Below are positions 21,990 to 32,733 of a stretch of DNA of 42,255 nucleotides, one piece after another. Where the stretch lies: the NCBI GenBank assembly GCA_049999805.1, contig JBNGIO010006081.1, positions 1-42,255 on the forward strand, given 5' to 3'. The notes under the pieces are model-generated. The model saw nothing but the letters and a program-made list of their open reading frames with translations, was not told the DNA's origin and made no database searches. Both the position numbers and the translations under genes were made by a program. Position 1 is the first letter of the stretch. Each line of letters opens with the position of its first letter. The stretch is from Folioceros fuciformis. Taxonomy: Eukaryota.

Positions 21990-23732
21990 CCACCCGTGCT
22001 AGTCACTCTCTTTAGGTGAATCGGGTGTTCCTTCTTTTCTTTAAAGATATGTGGATTTCCTTTCTATCTTCCAATAAAATCTCCATATCTTTTTACTACT
22101 TCATTGATTTAATCATTTCCTTCTGGCTCAACTCTTTTTCTAAATTTCCGTGTCCCGTACAAGCCCCGATGGCCATGTTCCATGTGAAGCACACTCTGGC
22201 AGCCGATAACGCGGTGTCGAAAGCAAGACATGAGGAAACGTGTCCCTTTTTCTTCCGTTACACGCTGTTATGCATGTACATGCATATGTACATAGACGCA
22301 GTAACGACTTCATCTGCACCGCCCCGGAGATTGACGGACGCGACGGATCCAGAACAAAAACGTCCGGCGGCCAGAGGTTGGTAAGGCTTCCTACATGTGT
22401 ACGGAGTGTGAGCTCAGAGTCGGCCTCTCCAAGGGCCATTGCCATCGTGCTTCTTCTTGCGGCAACGTCTCAATACAAGCACACAGCCGTTGAGAAAACA
22501 ATCCTACGAGTGTCCGGCATAGTAGCTGGGGTTAGTAGGGATTCCAGGTAGTTCCGATCCAAGCACAATGAACGCACGAGGATTGGTACCATCTGCTGGC
22601 GGGTCCAGGCAAGCTGCTGCCGTTTGGTTGGCGGTTGTTGAGGTTTTGTGCGTGTATGTGCGCCTGTCCCATCAACAAGTCGATCCCTCCTTCGGTAGCT
22701 CCCTTTGCACATCTGGCTCTGCGAATCGAGAACCATGGATGAGGCGGTCGGTGTTTACCATGGCTTCACACCTGCTGCTTCTTGATCATACGGGAAATGG
22801 TTCTCTGAAGTTCGAAATCACATCGTCCTAGCTACTCACGAGCTGCCTGCAAGCTTAGGGCTATAGCTAAGATGGAGCGGGAGCCTCTCAGATCCCTGAA
22901 AGAAAACTAGCCATAGGCAGGCTGTGCGTCCGGTCGGGATGGAAGCGTTGGTCAGAGGAGGTGCGATTGTAACCACAAGGCTACCTCGTGGTGCCCTCAC
23001 GTCCCTGCACGGGCAAGTGAAAGATACAGGGAAATCGGACGGCCTCTAGATTCAAGGATTATTCGTGCAAGCTTTGCACAGATAGGGCCGGGTAGAAACG
23101 GGGATGGAGCTGGGAAACAGAGGTCGCACATGGCCCGGCCAAGTCCAGATTCTCGCGTCCAATACAAACCTCTCGCCCCTTCTATCATCGGCGTCCAAGA
23201 GTAGTCCCAGCTAAGCCACGAGGTCAAGGCCAGGCCTCTGTGTCCGAAGTGAGGAAGCCCCTGGAGCAGACATGCGTGCCACTAGGATAGTAATAAACAG
23301 AGCAAAGAGCCCCATGCCCTGGTAACCTCGGGGTTATCTAACCGCCAGCCTTGTTAGTTTCATCTTCAAATTGGGGTGTACCGCGTCACATAGCCATGCA
23401 CGTCCTCTTCACAGCCGGTAGGCCGCGTGGGCAGCAAGACAGGAAGAAGCGTGTGCTTTCCGTTACAGGAGTACACGGGCCAATGGTGTCCCTCCACGGT
23501 CACGACCTTACCTGCCCCAATACAAGGATGGGACGGTCCAGGACGAAGACAAAAAAAACGTCTGAGCGGCACGCCAAGCTTCCAAGAAAGGCCAGTGCCC
23601 GTGTTGCGAGCCACGCGAGCAACAAAACCTGAAGCACACTGTTGAGTCTGTTACGCGCTGTTCTTACAAATGTACATGGACTGACTAGAAATACAGAGTG
23701 ATGGTACGCGTGAGACAAGGCTGGCCTGTCAG

Positions 23733-25078
23733 TCATCCTTTGAACTGGTCCTTCATCCTGCGTACTTCCGCCATCACTTCTACAGGGTTGGTGCGACCTG
23801 TGGCCACCTGACACCATGAGGTGGAGAGGTAAGTGCATTAGGTTTGGTCAAGTTGCTTGACACCTGCACATATCAGCTGGTGCATCAACTTCGCAACAGC
23901 TAGTGACTAACCTGGAGAGGCTTCAACTCCACACGCATGAAAGGGTTGATATCAAACTCCTCCCCGATTGTTGAGGGCACTGTGGGGGTGTGGGATTCCT
24001 GTTCTTGGATTGCCCACTTCAGCTTCTCCTTCAGGGCTGCGTTGTCTGGGTCCACTGTCCTGGCAAACTGGAGGTTCTTGAGGGTGTACTGACGAGTTGG
24101 GAGAGAGATGGTGAGAAAGTGGTGCCGCTGTGCCAACTGTAAGTGTGACTACATGAAGGGAAAGGAAGGAGGAACATACCTCATGGCCACAAAAGACACG
24201 AGTTGAGCTCGGCAGGGAGCCGAGCTTCTTCACAAGAGACTCGTACATCTGGCTGGCTGTGCCTTCGAAGAAGCGTCCACACCCGGCAATAAACTACATA
24301 ACGAGGGCACAGCAATATTCCGTCAACTGCTGTGCAACAGATTTATGCCCAAAGGTGTAGCACACCATGGGAGAATAGACCACACCAGGATGACCTACCA
24401 AGGTGTCACCTGTGAACACTGCAGGATCCTGTCCTGATGCAGTGCTCGTCACATAGTAGCTCACATGGCCCTTGGTATGACTGCGCCAAAAGAGAAGCAA
24501 CAGCTTCAGGTGCTAGCCAAGAAATCGTCGGAACAAGAGCTTTCCTTCTCAGGGATATGGATATGGAACCACACCAAGGGGTATGTAGAGCTCTGACTCT
24601 GATGTCCTTACTCACAGGAAACTCATCCCCATGTTGCAATTCATGGGTGCATCCCTCCACTTTGTCCAAAGCTCCCCCATACACCTTCACCCCCGGAATG
24701 AGGCTCTTCAGCTCGTTGTTGCCTCCAGCATGGTCCCTGACCACCACACCCAGCCACGTGAGATTTCTGGAACATCCAGAAACAAACCCACCAACTACAC
24801 ACAACCAGGCTGAGGACTCTAGCCCACCAATGGTGATGGGTCGTGAGCACGCTCCCGATGGATGCACCGTGGCTCTTAGCTGCCTCCACCACCTTCGCCG
24901 GCTGCACGGGATCCACCACCGCCGCCTCCCCAGTTCCAGAATCGATGATCCTGGACCAACCCACATCACGTTACGTCACATCACATCACTGCCCAGCAGC
25001 ATCAGTGTCCAGAGCTGCAGCAGCATCTTACAGGTAAGCGTAATTGTCCTCCAAGCACGGCACCGGAACCACCTTCAT
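23733..25078 (-). CDS. GLX2: Hydroxyacylglutathione hydrolase (glyoxalase II, cytosolic GLX2-2 type), multi-exon; an in-frame upstream ATG exists at 25246
   Basis: '[16 protein letters not shown]', '[14 protein letters not shown]', '[15 protein letters not shown]', '[21 protein letters not shown]', '[15 protein letters not shown]', '[16 protein letters not shown]'; last exon '[15 protein letters not shown]'. Confidence 0.95.
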
Positions 25079-26058
25079 GCCGCCCATACTGCCCCGCCTG
25101 CTGGTATTGCCCACCAGGAGCAGGAGGGAGACGAGGAGATAGCCGATCACACTACGCACTGCCGCCGCAGCCGCCGGGGACAGCAGTGCGGCCAGGACAA
25201 GGTCAGACCAGTGGCAGAGCCTGGGCCAGAGCTGAGGGGACGCCATGGGCGCCCATCGTCGCTCCGGATTCCAGCAGGCTCACCGCCAATCCAACCAGGG
25301 GGCGATCGGGGAGAGCTACAGGCGTCGCAGCAAGGCCCCGGGAGCCTCGAGCATCAAGGGTTTGTCAGGGTTTTGACCCGCACATGACCCACATGCATGA
25401 TTTGCATGCCTGCCGTCTTCTCGCTCTAGAGCGTCGCGGGCATTGCATTCAAACTTGCTGCCGGTGAAGTTCCAGACAGGCCTATGATTCTTTTTCTCCC
25501 CTTTCCCATTTCGCCAGCCAGCCAACCAGCCAGCCAGTCAGTCAGCTTAGATCTGCCAGTGTCCCCCTTTCCTACATGCCGGCGCCTAAGTCTGGGAGCG
25601 CAGCCCCATGGAGGAGTATGTTGCTCCGAGCCCCTAGGTCCCCCCCATGCATCGTCGCCCCAGCTGCAGCCACCTGGGGTTTGTTTTTGCACATGCCTAT
25701 GCCTCTGCCTCTGCCTGCCGGTTGCGCAGGAGATGTGAACTGGTGAGCACTGCAATCGCTTTGTGGTTTGCGTGTAGTGCTTTGTGGCTGCTACATTCCA
25801 TTTTCGCCAGGGCTGTGGTTACAAATTCACCATCGCTGCCCAATTAAGCTGGTGGCTGGGCTGGCCTGTCCGTCCGCCTTCCATACTCTTTCTGTCTTCT
25901 GTCTGCTTATGTGTGCGTTTGTAATTGTAGATATAGCTCTTGTATGGCTCCCGGCGTCGGTCTCTGGGTCTCTATATATGTCTGTTCTATGCTGACTGTC
26001 TGAGAACTAGTCTGCTTTCTGTCAGCACGACGACGCTCTGTGAAGTGAAGCTGTCCGA

Positions 26059-29000
26059 ATGCTAAATCCAATGGCTAGTACGGATGGTTTCATGAGGGAC
26101 GGGCCTGCCGTCGGGGAACATAAGGTGTACAGGTCTAAGAGGAAGTGGGAGCGGAGCACTGGCGGGGCTGGTCTGGACAGGTCAGGGGATACTGAAATTA
26201 GGCTCAAGGATCTCAAGGACATCAAGCCTGAGCAAGGGAGATTGGACAGTCTGGCGGCTCTGGCCAGGGAGCGGGGCTCAGATTCCCCCAGCGAGGAGCA
26301 GCAGCAGCAACAGCACAAGGCTCCTGTGATGGAGCAGGACAAGGCTCCCAGGTTCAAGCACTCTCGGAAGCCCAAAAAGTCCCGTGGCGCAGCGGCCGGA
26401 TCAACCAGTCGGGTTGTAGGGGAGGTGAAGCCGGCTCCTCCTCCTCCTCCTCCTCCTCCTCCTCCTAAACCGGAGGTTGTGAAGGAGGAGGAGGTTGAAT
26501 CAGAGGAGCAAGAGGTGGAGCCTGAGCCGGACCCGGCGTCGGACACTGTGAGTGAAGATGAGAAGCCTCGGCGGAAGCGCCAACGCCGTGCACGCAAGCA
26601 GGTGAAGGGCAAGGCAGGAGTATCGGAGAAGGGGAAGGTTGCTTCTAAGGGCAGAGGGAAGGCCAGAAAGGGGGGTGGCGATGAGGAGGAAGCGGAGGTT
26701 GAGGACGAAAATAGGTGTAAGAGATCTGATGGGAAGTCCTGGAGGTGCAGCAAACCGCTGTACAAAGAAGGGTGGTGCCAGTACCATTACGAATACTACG
26801 AGTGTAAGAAGTCCAAGTCGGCCCCGCCCGCTAGGGGAAAGAGACAGCCCAAGAAGGTTACTACTGCTCGGAGGGGCAAAGGTGCGCAGAATGAGGCAGC
26901 TGGGAGCAAGGATAGTGCTGATGAATCTCAGCAGGAGCAAGAGGAGGAGGAGTTCGTCGCCCAACATGAGGTAAAGTCGGTGAGACGAGGTGTGAAGAGG
27001 AAGGAAAGGGTTGATGAAGATGAGCAGCAGGAGGGTGAGGGCCGTGCAGAGGCTGTGGCAGAATCGGAGCCGAAGAAGGCAAGAAGGGGACAGAAGAAGG
27101 GTATAATGGATGAAGATCAGCAGCAGGAGGATGAGAGTCGTGTGCAGGTTGTGTTAGAAAGGGAAGGCAAGAAGGTGAAGAGAGGTCAGATGAAGAAGAA
27201 TATTGTGGACGAAGCTCGGCAGGAGGAGGATGAGAGCCGTGTGAGGGCTGTGGCAGAACCGGAGGTGAAGCCTGTTGTGGATGCAGAATTGAAGCTTGTG
27301 GTCAAAAGAGGTCAGAAGACGAGGGAGAGTCTGGACGAAGGTCAGGAGCAAGTTGAAGATCGTGAGCTGGCTGTTGCAAGACCGGAGGTGAAGAAGGCCA
27401 GAGGAGGTCTGAAGAGGAAGGCCTTGTCGGAAGGTGAAGCATCCAAACCGTCGCCCTATTTGCTGAGTGACCATCGCGAAGGTAAGCGTTTGAAGTCTCT
27501 GAAGGATACACAGCCTGCCAAATCTGAGGCGCAGGAACTGGCAGAGGAAAACACGAGTGCAGAGACTGATGATGTCGAGGAGCATGTTAGAGATTCGTTG
27601 CAGAAGTCTCATCCCAGGAGGTGTCACCAATGCTGGAGGTTGGGGAACGTAGCATCATGTGGAGCCTGTAGGGATACGCAGCGCCGCTATTGTGACCATT
27701 GTATAGCCAAGTGGTACCCACACCTAACGATGGAAGATGTGGCAGAGAGGTGTCCCTACTGTTCTGGCTACTGTAACTGTAAGACATGTCTACGGAGGGC
27801 ACGGCCAACAGCGGAGGTGGATAGTGCAGGGAAGTCTGAGCACCTGCTCTACCTCCTGCGTAAAGTTCTGCCGTCTTTGTGTCAAATGAATGAGGAGCAG
27901 GCTGACGAGCTGAAGTTTGAGAGGGAGTTGCGGGGAGATCCAGATTATCAAGTGGAGAAAACTCATATATCAATCAGGGAGAGGATGTATTGTGACAATT
28001 GCAACACTTCAATAGTTGATTATTACAGGACCTGTACAGAGTGTCAGTATGAGCTGTGCCTTGATTGCTGTAAAGAGACCCGGTTGGGAAGCATGCATCC
28101 AGCCCTCCTTAACTCCAAGGGATTGTCTGAACAAGATGGAGGCCACTCAGAGCGATTGGCTGAAATGCTAGCAGAGGAAAGGGAGAGGAGGGGGCCCGTC
28201 GTTCTTGAAGCTGATGCCATTGGAGGGGTAGGTCACGTTGTGTTATCCTCAGCTGTTATGGAGGTGGCAGAACATCATGTATCACCTTCAAGTGCTGTGG
28301 AGGAGATAGGTCAAGTTGCAACACCTTCATGTCCTGTTAAGGAGGTCAACCAGGTTGCATCACCTTCAAGTGCTGTGAAGGAGGTCAACCAGGTTGCATC
28401 ACCGTCAGGTGCTGTGAAGGAGGTCAACCAGGTTGCATCGCCTTCAGGTGCTGTCGGGGTCGTAGGTCTGAACTCATCACGTTCACGTGTTGTTGGGATC
28501 TTATGTAACGTTTTATCAACTTCAGATGTTGTGAAGGAGGTAGCTCATGTAGTATCAGACTCGGGTGCGTTGAAGGAGGTCTGCTGCGTATCACCTTCAG
28601 GTGCCGTGGAAGGGGTGGATCGTCTTGAATCACCATCAGGTGCTGCAGAGAAGGCGGGTCACTTAGCAACATCTTCAGGTGCTGCTGAGGAGGTGGGTAA
28701 CGTTGTAGCACCATCAAGTGCTGCTGAGGAGGTAGATCACGATGCAACACCTTCAGGACCTGTGGAGGAGCCAAATTATGTTGCATCGCGTTCATGTGCT
28801 GTGGAGGAGGGTGGCCACGTTGTATTACCTCCAGCTGCTGTGGAGATGGTAGGTTACGTTATGGAGGAGGGCAAGCCTTCTGGAGGTGCTGTGGAGAAGG
28901 TAGTTGACGCTGTTGACGTTTTTACTGTCAAAGTGGATGCTAGCTGCTCAAAAGCTGTGGGAACAGATGGTGAGCTGGAAGAGGACGCCAAGATGTCATC

Positions 29001-31386
29001 TCTGGGGAGCAGGGAAGGTGCAAGCTTGTCAGCAGCTTTTGAGGATGAGGCTACTGTACCTTCTGCTATGGATGAGGATGCTGGTCTTTCAGTGTCCGCT
29101 GAGGGAGATGGTAAGGGCTCTTCAGCTACAGCTCACAAAGATGCTGGCCCAGCGAATACAAAGACTGGAGATGAGAATGGTCCCTCCGCTATGGATGACG
29201 GAAATGCCGGGATACCAACCCTGGCAAATTCTTTAGTGCAAGATGAAGGGAAGGCTCAAGCCTCCTCTGCACCAGGTGAAGGGGATGAGGGCCTGCTATT
29301 GGTTAATGACGGATGTAATGTCCCTCCATCAGTGACTGAGCAGGAGACTAAACATCAGAGTGGCCCTTCAGCAATTGAGGGAGGAAGCGTCTGTGATCCA
29401 AACCCAGACCATCCAGAGGCTTCAGTGCAAGGTCAGGAAAAGGGCCTCCTGTTCCCTCATGATGAGGGTGATGTGCATCCCTCTGTGACCGAGAAGGTGG
29501 ATGCTAGCCGCTCTGGAGATTTGGGAGAACAAGATGTTGGTGCCTCAGTTGTGGCTGGGGGTGAGGTCAGCAGCCCTTCAGGTTTGGCTAAAGGGGATCC
29601 TGGTCCTTCAGCACCTGCTGACTGCTCTTCTGGTGACACCGGCAAGGATAAAGGAAGGATTGACCGTGGTTTAGTTGCTGATGAAGGAGAACGAGGCATT
29701 GATGGCGTGGATGTGGGCCCTCTGCCAGCTGGAGATGAGGAAGATGTTCCGCAAGGAGTAGGCAGCAATGAAGAGTCAAATGACAGAGTCACTCAATCTC
29801 AAGAAAGTCCACTGAAAGGTGGCAGGGATGGGACGAATGTATGCCTTCGCAAGAATTGTCGTGGATGTGGCAAACACAATCTATCCTTAAGATCACTTCA
29901 AGGTGGGAACGCAGTCAGTGAACTTTGGGCAAAGGTCGATAGTATCCTTTCCTTGTCATCTGTCAGTCTTGGAGAGGATAAGCCAGGATGCCAGTATTGT
30001 GACCAGAGCAGTGCATCAACGTCCAAGCAGTTGCGTGTGGCTGCTGATAGGTCCACAGGAGATGACAACTGTTTGTTCACGGCCAGTGTGGACAGTCTAA
30101 ATGATGAGAGCTTGCTTCACTTCCAACAACATTGGCGTCAAGGTCAGCCAGTGATTGTGACACGGGTCAATGAACTTGGCACTGGCCTCAGTTGGGAACC
30201 TATGGTGATGTGGCGTGCTGTTCGCGAAAAGAGCAAAAAAACGAAGCATGATGACACGCTCTCGGTGAAGGCTATCAACTGTAAGTCTGGTTGTGAGGTT
30301 GAGATTATGATTAAAAAATTCTTTCTCGAATATGAGAAACACAGGGCGTTTCTCGATGGTAACCCTCCTGATATGTACAAGTTAAAAGACTGGCCTCCTG
30401 CAACCTCTTTCAATGAACGTCTTCCTCGCCACCATGCAGAGTTTCTTCTATGTCTGCCATTCAAGCAATATACTCATCCAGAGTTGGGAATCTTGAATCT
30501 GGCTAGCAAAATGCCTGAAGGTGCTTTGAAACCTGATTTAGGTCCCAAGACATACATTGCGTATGGAATCCGTGAGGAGATGGGTCATGGAGATTCAGTC
30601 ACTAAACTTCACTGTGATATGTCAGACGCAGTCAATGTGCTTATGCACTCTCAAGGCACTGAGTCACAGATTTCAGGAAAGTTGCAGTGCACGGGCAAGG
30701 AGGTCTTACCGTCAGGAGGTGCTCTCTGGGATATTTTCCGACGAGAGGATGTACCGAAATTGAAGGACTATATTAAGGCACATTGGGCAGAATTTTCCGA
30801 CGAGAAATGGGATGATGGGATATCACACCCGGTCCATGATCAGATGGTCTATCTCAGCAATGAACACAAATCGAGACTGAAGTCTGAAATGGACATCGAA
30901 GCTTGGACCTTTGAACAGCGCGTTGGAGAGGCTGTATTTATACCTGCAGGCTGTCCTCATCAGGTTCGCAACCTCCAGTCATGCATAAAGGTAGCCATGG
31001 ACTTTGTATCACCAGAGAATGTGGATCACTGTGTTCAGCTTACGAAGGAGTTCAGACTGCTCCCCAACTACCATCCTGCCAAGGAGGACAAGCTTGAGAT
31101 TAAGAAGATGGTGTTCCATGCTGCAAAGATGGCCGTGGAATACTTGGAACTAGACAGTCTGAGTGCAGGGGCTCAAGCGGATGTGGAGGAGCAAGTGCAG
31201 AAGCCTTCAAAGGCTTCGAAGTCGCCTTCCAAACCGAAGAAGGGGAAAGGTTTTAAGAGGAAAACGAAGTTTTCCAGGAAGAAAACGGAAGTCTCCCCAC
31301 AATCGTCCAAGAAAAGAGGAGCTTCCGAAAGCAAAGTCGATGAATCCCCTCAGTCTTCTGAGGAAAGGCCACGTTCTTCTGAGTAA
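26059..31386 (+). CDS. KDM3/JHDM2-family JmjC H3K9 demethylase (WRC + RING-like + Zn finger + JmjC), single 1775-aa intronless ORF
   Basis: WRC 'RCKRSDGKSWRC..CQYH', RING-like 'CHQC..CGAC..YCDHCIAKWYP..CPYCSGYCNCKTC', 'ERMYCDNCNTSIVDYYRTC', JmjC 'KLKDWPP..PDLGPKTYIAYG..TKLHCDMSDAVN..GGALWDIFRREDV..IPAGCPHQVRNL'. The Fe(II) ligands H-x-D...H are intact. Confidence 0.95.
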   Translation: MLNPMASTDGFMRDGPAVGEHKVYRSKRKWERSTGGAGLDRSGDTEIRLKDLKDIKPEQGRLDSLAALARERGSDSPSEEQQQQQHKAPVMEQDKAPRFKHSRKPKKSRGAAAGSTSRVVGEVKPAPPPPPPPPPPKPEVVKEEEVESEEQEVEPEPDPASDTVSEDEKPRRKRQRRARKQVKGKAGVSEKGKVASKGRGKARKGGGDEEEAEVEDENRCKRSDGKSWRCSKPLYKEGWCQYHYEYYECKKSKSAPPARGKRQPKKVTTARRGKGAQNEAAGSKDSADESQQEQEEEEFVAQHEVKSVRRGVKRKERVDEDEQQEGEGRAEAVAESEPKKARRGQKKGIMDEDQQQEDESRVQVVLEREGKKVKRGQMKKNIVDEARQEEDESRVRAVAEPEVKPVVDAELKLVVKRGQKTRESLDEGQEQVEDRELAVARPEVKKARGGLKRKALSEGEASKPSPYLLSDHREGKRLKSLKDTQPAKSEAQELAEENTSAETDDVEEHVRDSLQKSHPRRCHQCWRLGNVASCGACRDTQRRYCDHCIAKWYPHLTMEDVAERCPYCSGYCNCKTCLRRARPTAEVDSAGKSEHLLYLLRKVLPSLCQMNEEQADELKFERELRGDPDYQVEKTHISIRERMYCDNCNTSIVDYYRTCTECQYELCLDCCKETRLGSMHPALLNSKGLSEQDGGHSERLAEMLAEERERRGPVVLEADAIGGVGHVVLSSAVMEVAEHHVSPSSAVEEIGQVATPSCPVKEVNQVASPSSAVKEVNQVASPSGAVKEVNQVASPSGAVGVVGLNSSRSRVVGILCNVLSTSDVVKEVAHVVSDSGALKEVCCVSPSGAVEGVDRLESPSGAAEKAGHLATSSGAAEEVGNVVAPSSAAEEVDHDATPSGPVEEPNYVASRSCAVEEGGHVVLPPAAVEMVGYVMEEGKPSGGAVEKVVDAVDVFTVKVDASCSKAVGTDGELEEDAKMSSLGSREGASLSAAFEDEATVPSAMDEDAGLSVSAEGDGKGSSATAHKDAGPANTKTGDENGPSAMDDGNAGIPTLANSLVQDEGKAQASSAPGEGDEGLLLVNDGCNVPPSVTEQETKHQSGPSAIEGGSVCDPNPDHPEASVQGQEKGLLFPHDEGDVHPSVTEKVDASRSGDLGEQDVGASVVAGGEVSSPSGLAKGDPGPSAPADCSSGDTGKDKGRIDRGLVADEGERGIDGVDVGPLPAGDEEDVPQGVGSNEESNDRVTQSQESPLKGGRDGTNVCLRKNCRGCGKHNLSLRSLQGGNAVSELWAKVDSILSLSSVSLGEDKPGCQYCDQSSASTSKQLRVAADRSTGDDNCLFTASVDSLNDESLLHFQQHWRQGQPVIVTRVNELGTGLSWEPMVMWRAVREKSKKTKHDDTLSVKAINCKSGCEVEIMIKKFFLEYEKHRAFLDGNPPDMYKLKDWPPATSFNERLPRHHAEFLLCLPFKQYTHPELGILNLASKMPEGALKPDLGPKTYIAYGIREEMGHGDSVTKLHCDMSDAVNVLMHSQGTESQISGKLQCTGKEVLPSGGALWDIFRREDVPKLKDYIKAHWAEFSDEKWDDGISHPVHDQMVYLSNEHKSRLKSEMDIEAWTFEQRVGEAVFIPAGCPHQVRNLQSCIKVAMDFVSPENVDHCVQLTKEFRLLPNYHPAKEDKLEIKKMVFHAAKMAVEYLELDSLSAGAQADVEEQVQKPSKASKSPSKPKKGKGFKRKTKFSRKKTEVSPQSSKKRGASESKVDESPQSSEERPRSSE
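26437..26466 (+). repeat. (CCT)10 coding microsatellite (poly-Pro) in KDM3
   Basis: Ten uninterrupted CCT units. Confidence 0.95.
28210..28900 (+). repeat. 39-bp (13-aa) coding minisatellite in KDM3, many degenerate copies
   Basis: 'CACCTTCAAGTGCTGTGAAGGAGGTCAACCAGGTTGCAT'-like units encode AVKEVNQVASPSG; near-identical copies at about 28320-28455 decay outward. Confidence 0.9.
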
Positions 31387-32733
31387 AGGGCAGAAGAGGT
31401 TGAAGGCAGTCCTGACCAATGTCAGGTTGTTTCTGGTGGTTGGTAACGGAGCAGGCCAGTTTGAGGTTGTGATGCGTGCTCAGCTCTTGAATGTCCGCTT
31501 CAGGATAATCCTGAGTTGATATTTCTGTTCTATGCCGCATAGGTTGCAGTGACGTGCACCAGTGTCCCATACAAAGGCATTGGAAGGATCAAGGATTAGA
31601 ACCGATTGTGCGGGGAAGGTGTCGTATTACATGGTAGTCCTATAACTTAGTACTTGTTGGTGTTTTGGTATCCCTATAGCGGAGCGTGGTGATAGTTCGA
31701 GGGCAGGATGTCAATCCCGAATTCGCCAGTGCATTTAATTGCTATATATAAAGCTCTCGTTGACATGAGTTTTGTTTCCTGCAGTTGAACCCACGAAAGC
31801 ACAAGCCCTCCTCTTCCAAACCAGATGCAGCACAATCCCTCCTACGGAGAAATCATCATAATCGGAACTAAAGTAGTAAAAGCACTAGGCTTTCACATAA
31901 CCAACACTTGGCTTTCCTCAACTCACCACCAAGACACCACTTTTGCTGCAAACCCTCAGTCCTAATTCTAGAGATATTTACAAAATTGCCCATTGCTTCA
32001 ATCTCACGTTTAATTCTGGCATATATACATAGATTAGCACCACCCTGCTCACTGGAGAGCTATCTAAGCATCATGTTGTAGGGTCGGAGCCTGTTGTCGT
32101 AGGACTAAATTTGGATCGCAGTGTGTGACTCTCTGGCTAGCCTAGTGACCTGTGAAGCATTTTGAGGAGAAACTATGTTTGAATGTGTCTGAAGGGCGTT
32201 TCCCTCTAAACACTTAGTCTGAAATTTTAGCCTGCTTTTGGGCGGCACAAGCTGGCGAAGGAGGAGGGACAATTAGGAGAAGGGGAATATTCAGTGGTGG
32301 ACGACAGTTGCCTCATCAATGACCTGGTGCTTCTTAGGCCAGCGGCTGGAGAGGAACCCAGTCGAAGGCACATATTAGCGGCTGGAGTCTAACTACCGTC
32401 TCATCACTGTATAACGGTACTTGTTGCGGTCCGTTGAGCTTATATGCTATGCTGTCCAGTGGTTTGTCGTGGTTCAGCTGTCACCCACCCGCCGAAGCCG
32501 CCGAAAACAGAGTGATCCGAGGTAGTCTAAATCTTGCATTACGGCTTCAGCTTCAGTGGTTTTGTTTGATTTCATATATTGTGTGAGAGCAGTGCACCTA
32601 CATTCTTTGGTGGCATACATTCACATACCAACATGTCTGAAGTTCAAGTGCTGCAGAACGTTCTCACAATGGTCATCCCCGCCTCACCACATGCACTAGG
32701 CGCACTTTAGCTGCAGTGAAGTGGGGTCAAGTG

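Noticed and set aside
24437-25387. 316-aa plus-strand ORF
   Set aside because: Antisense to glyoxalase II exons and introns, low complexity, no family features.
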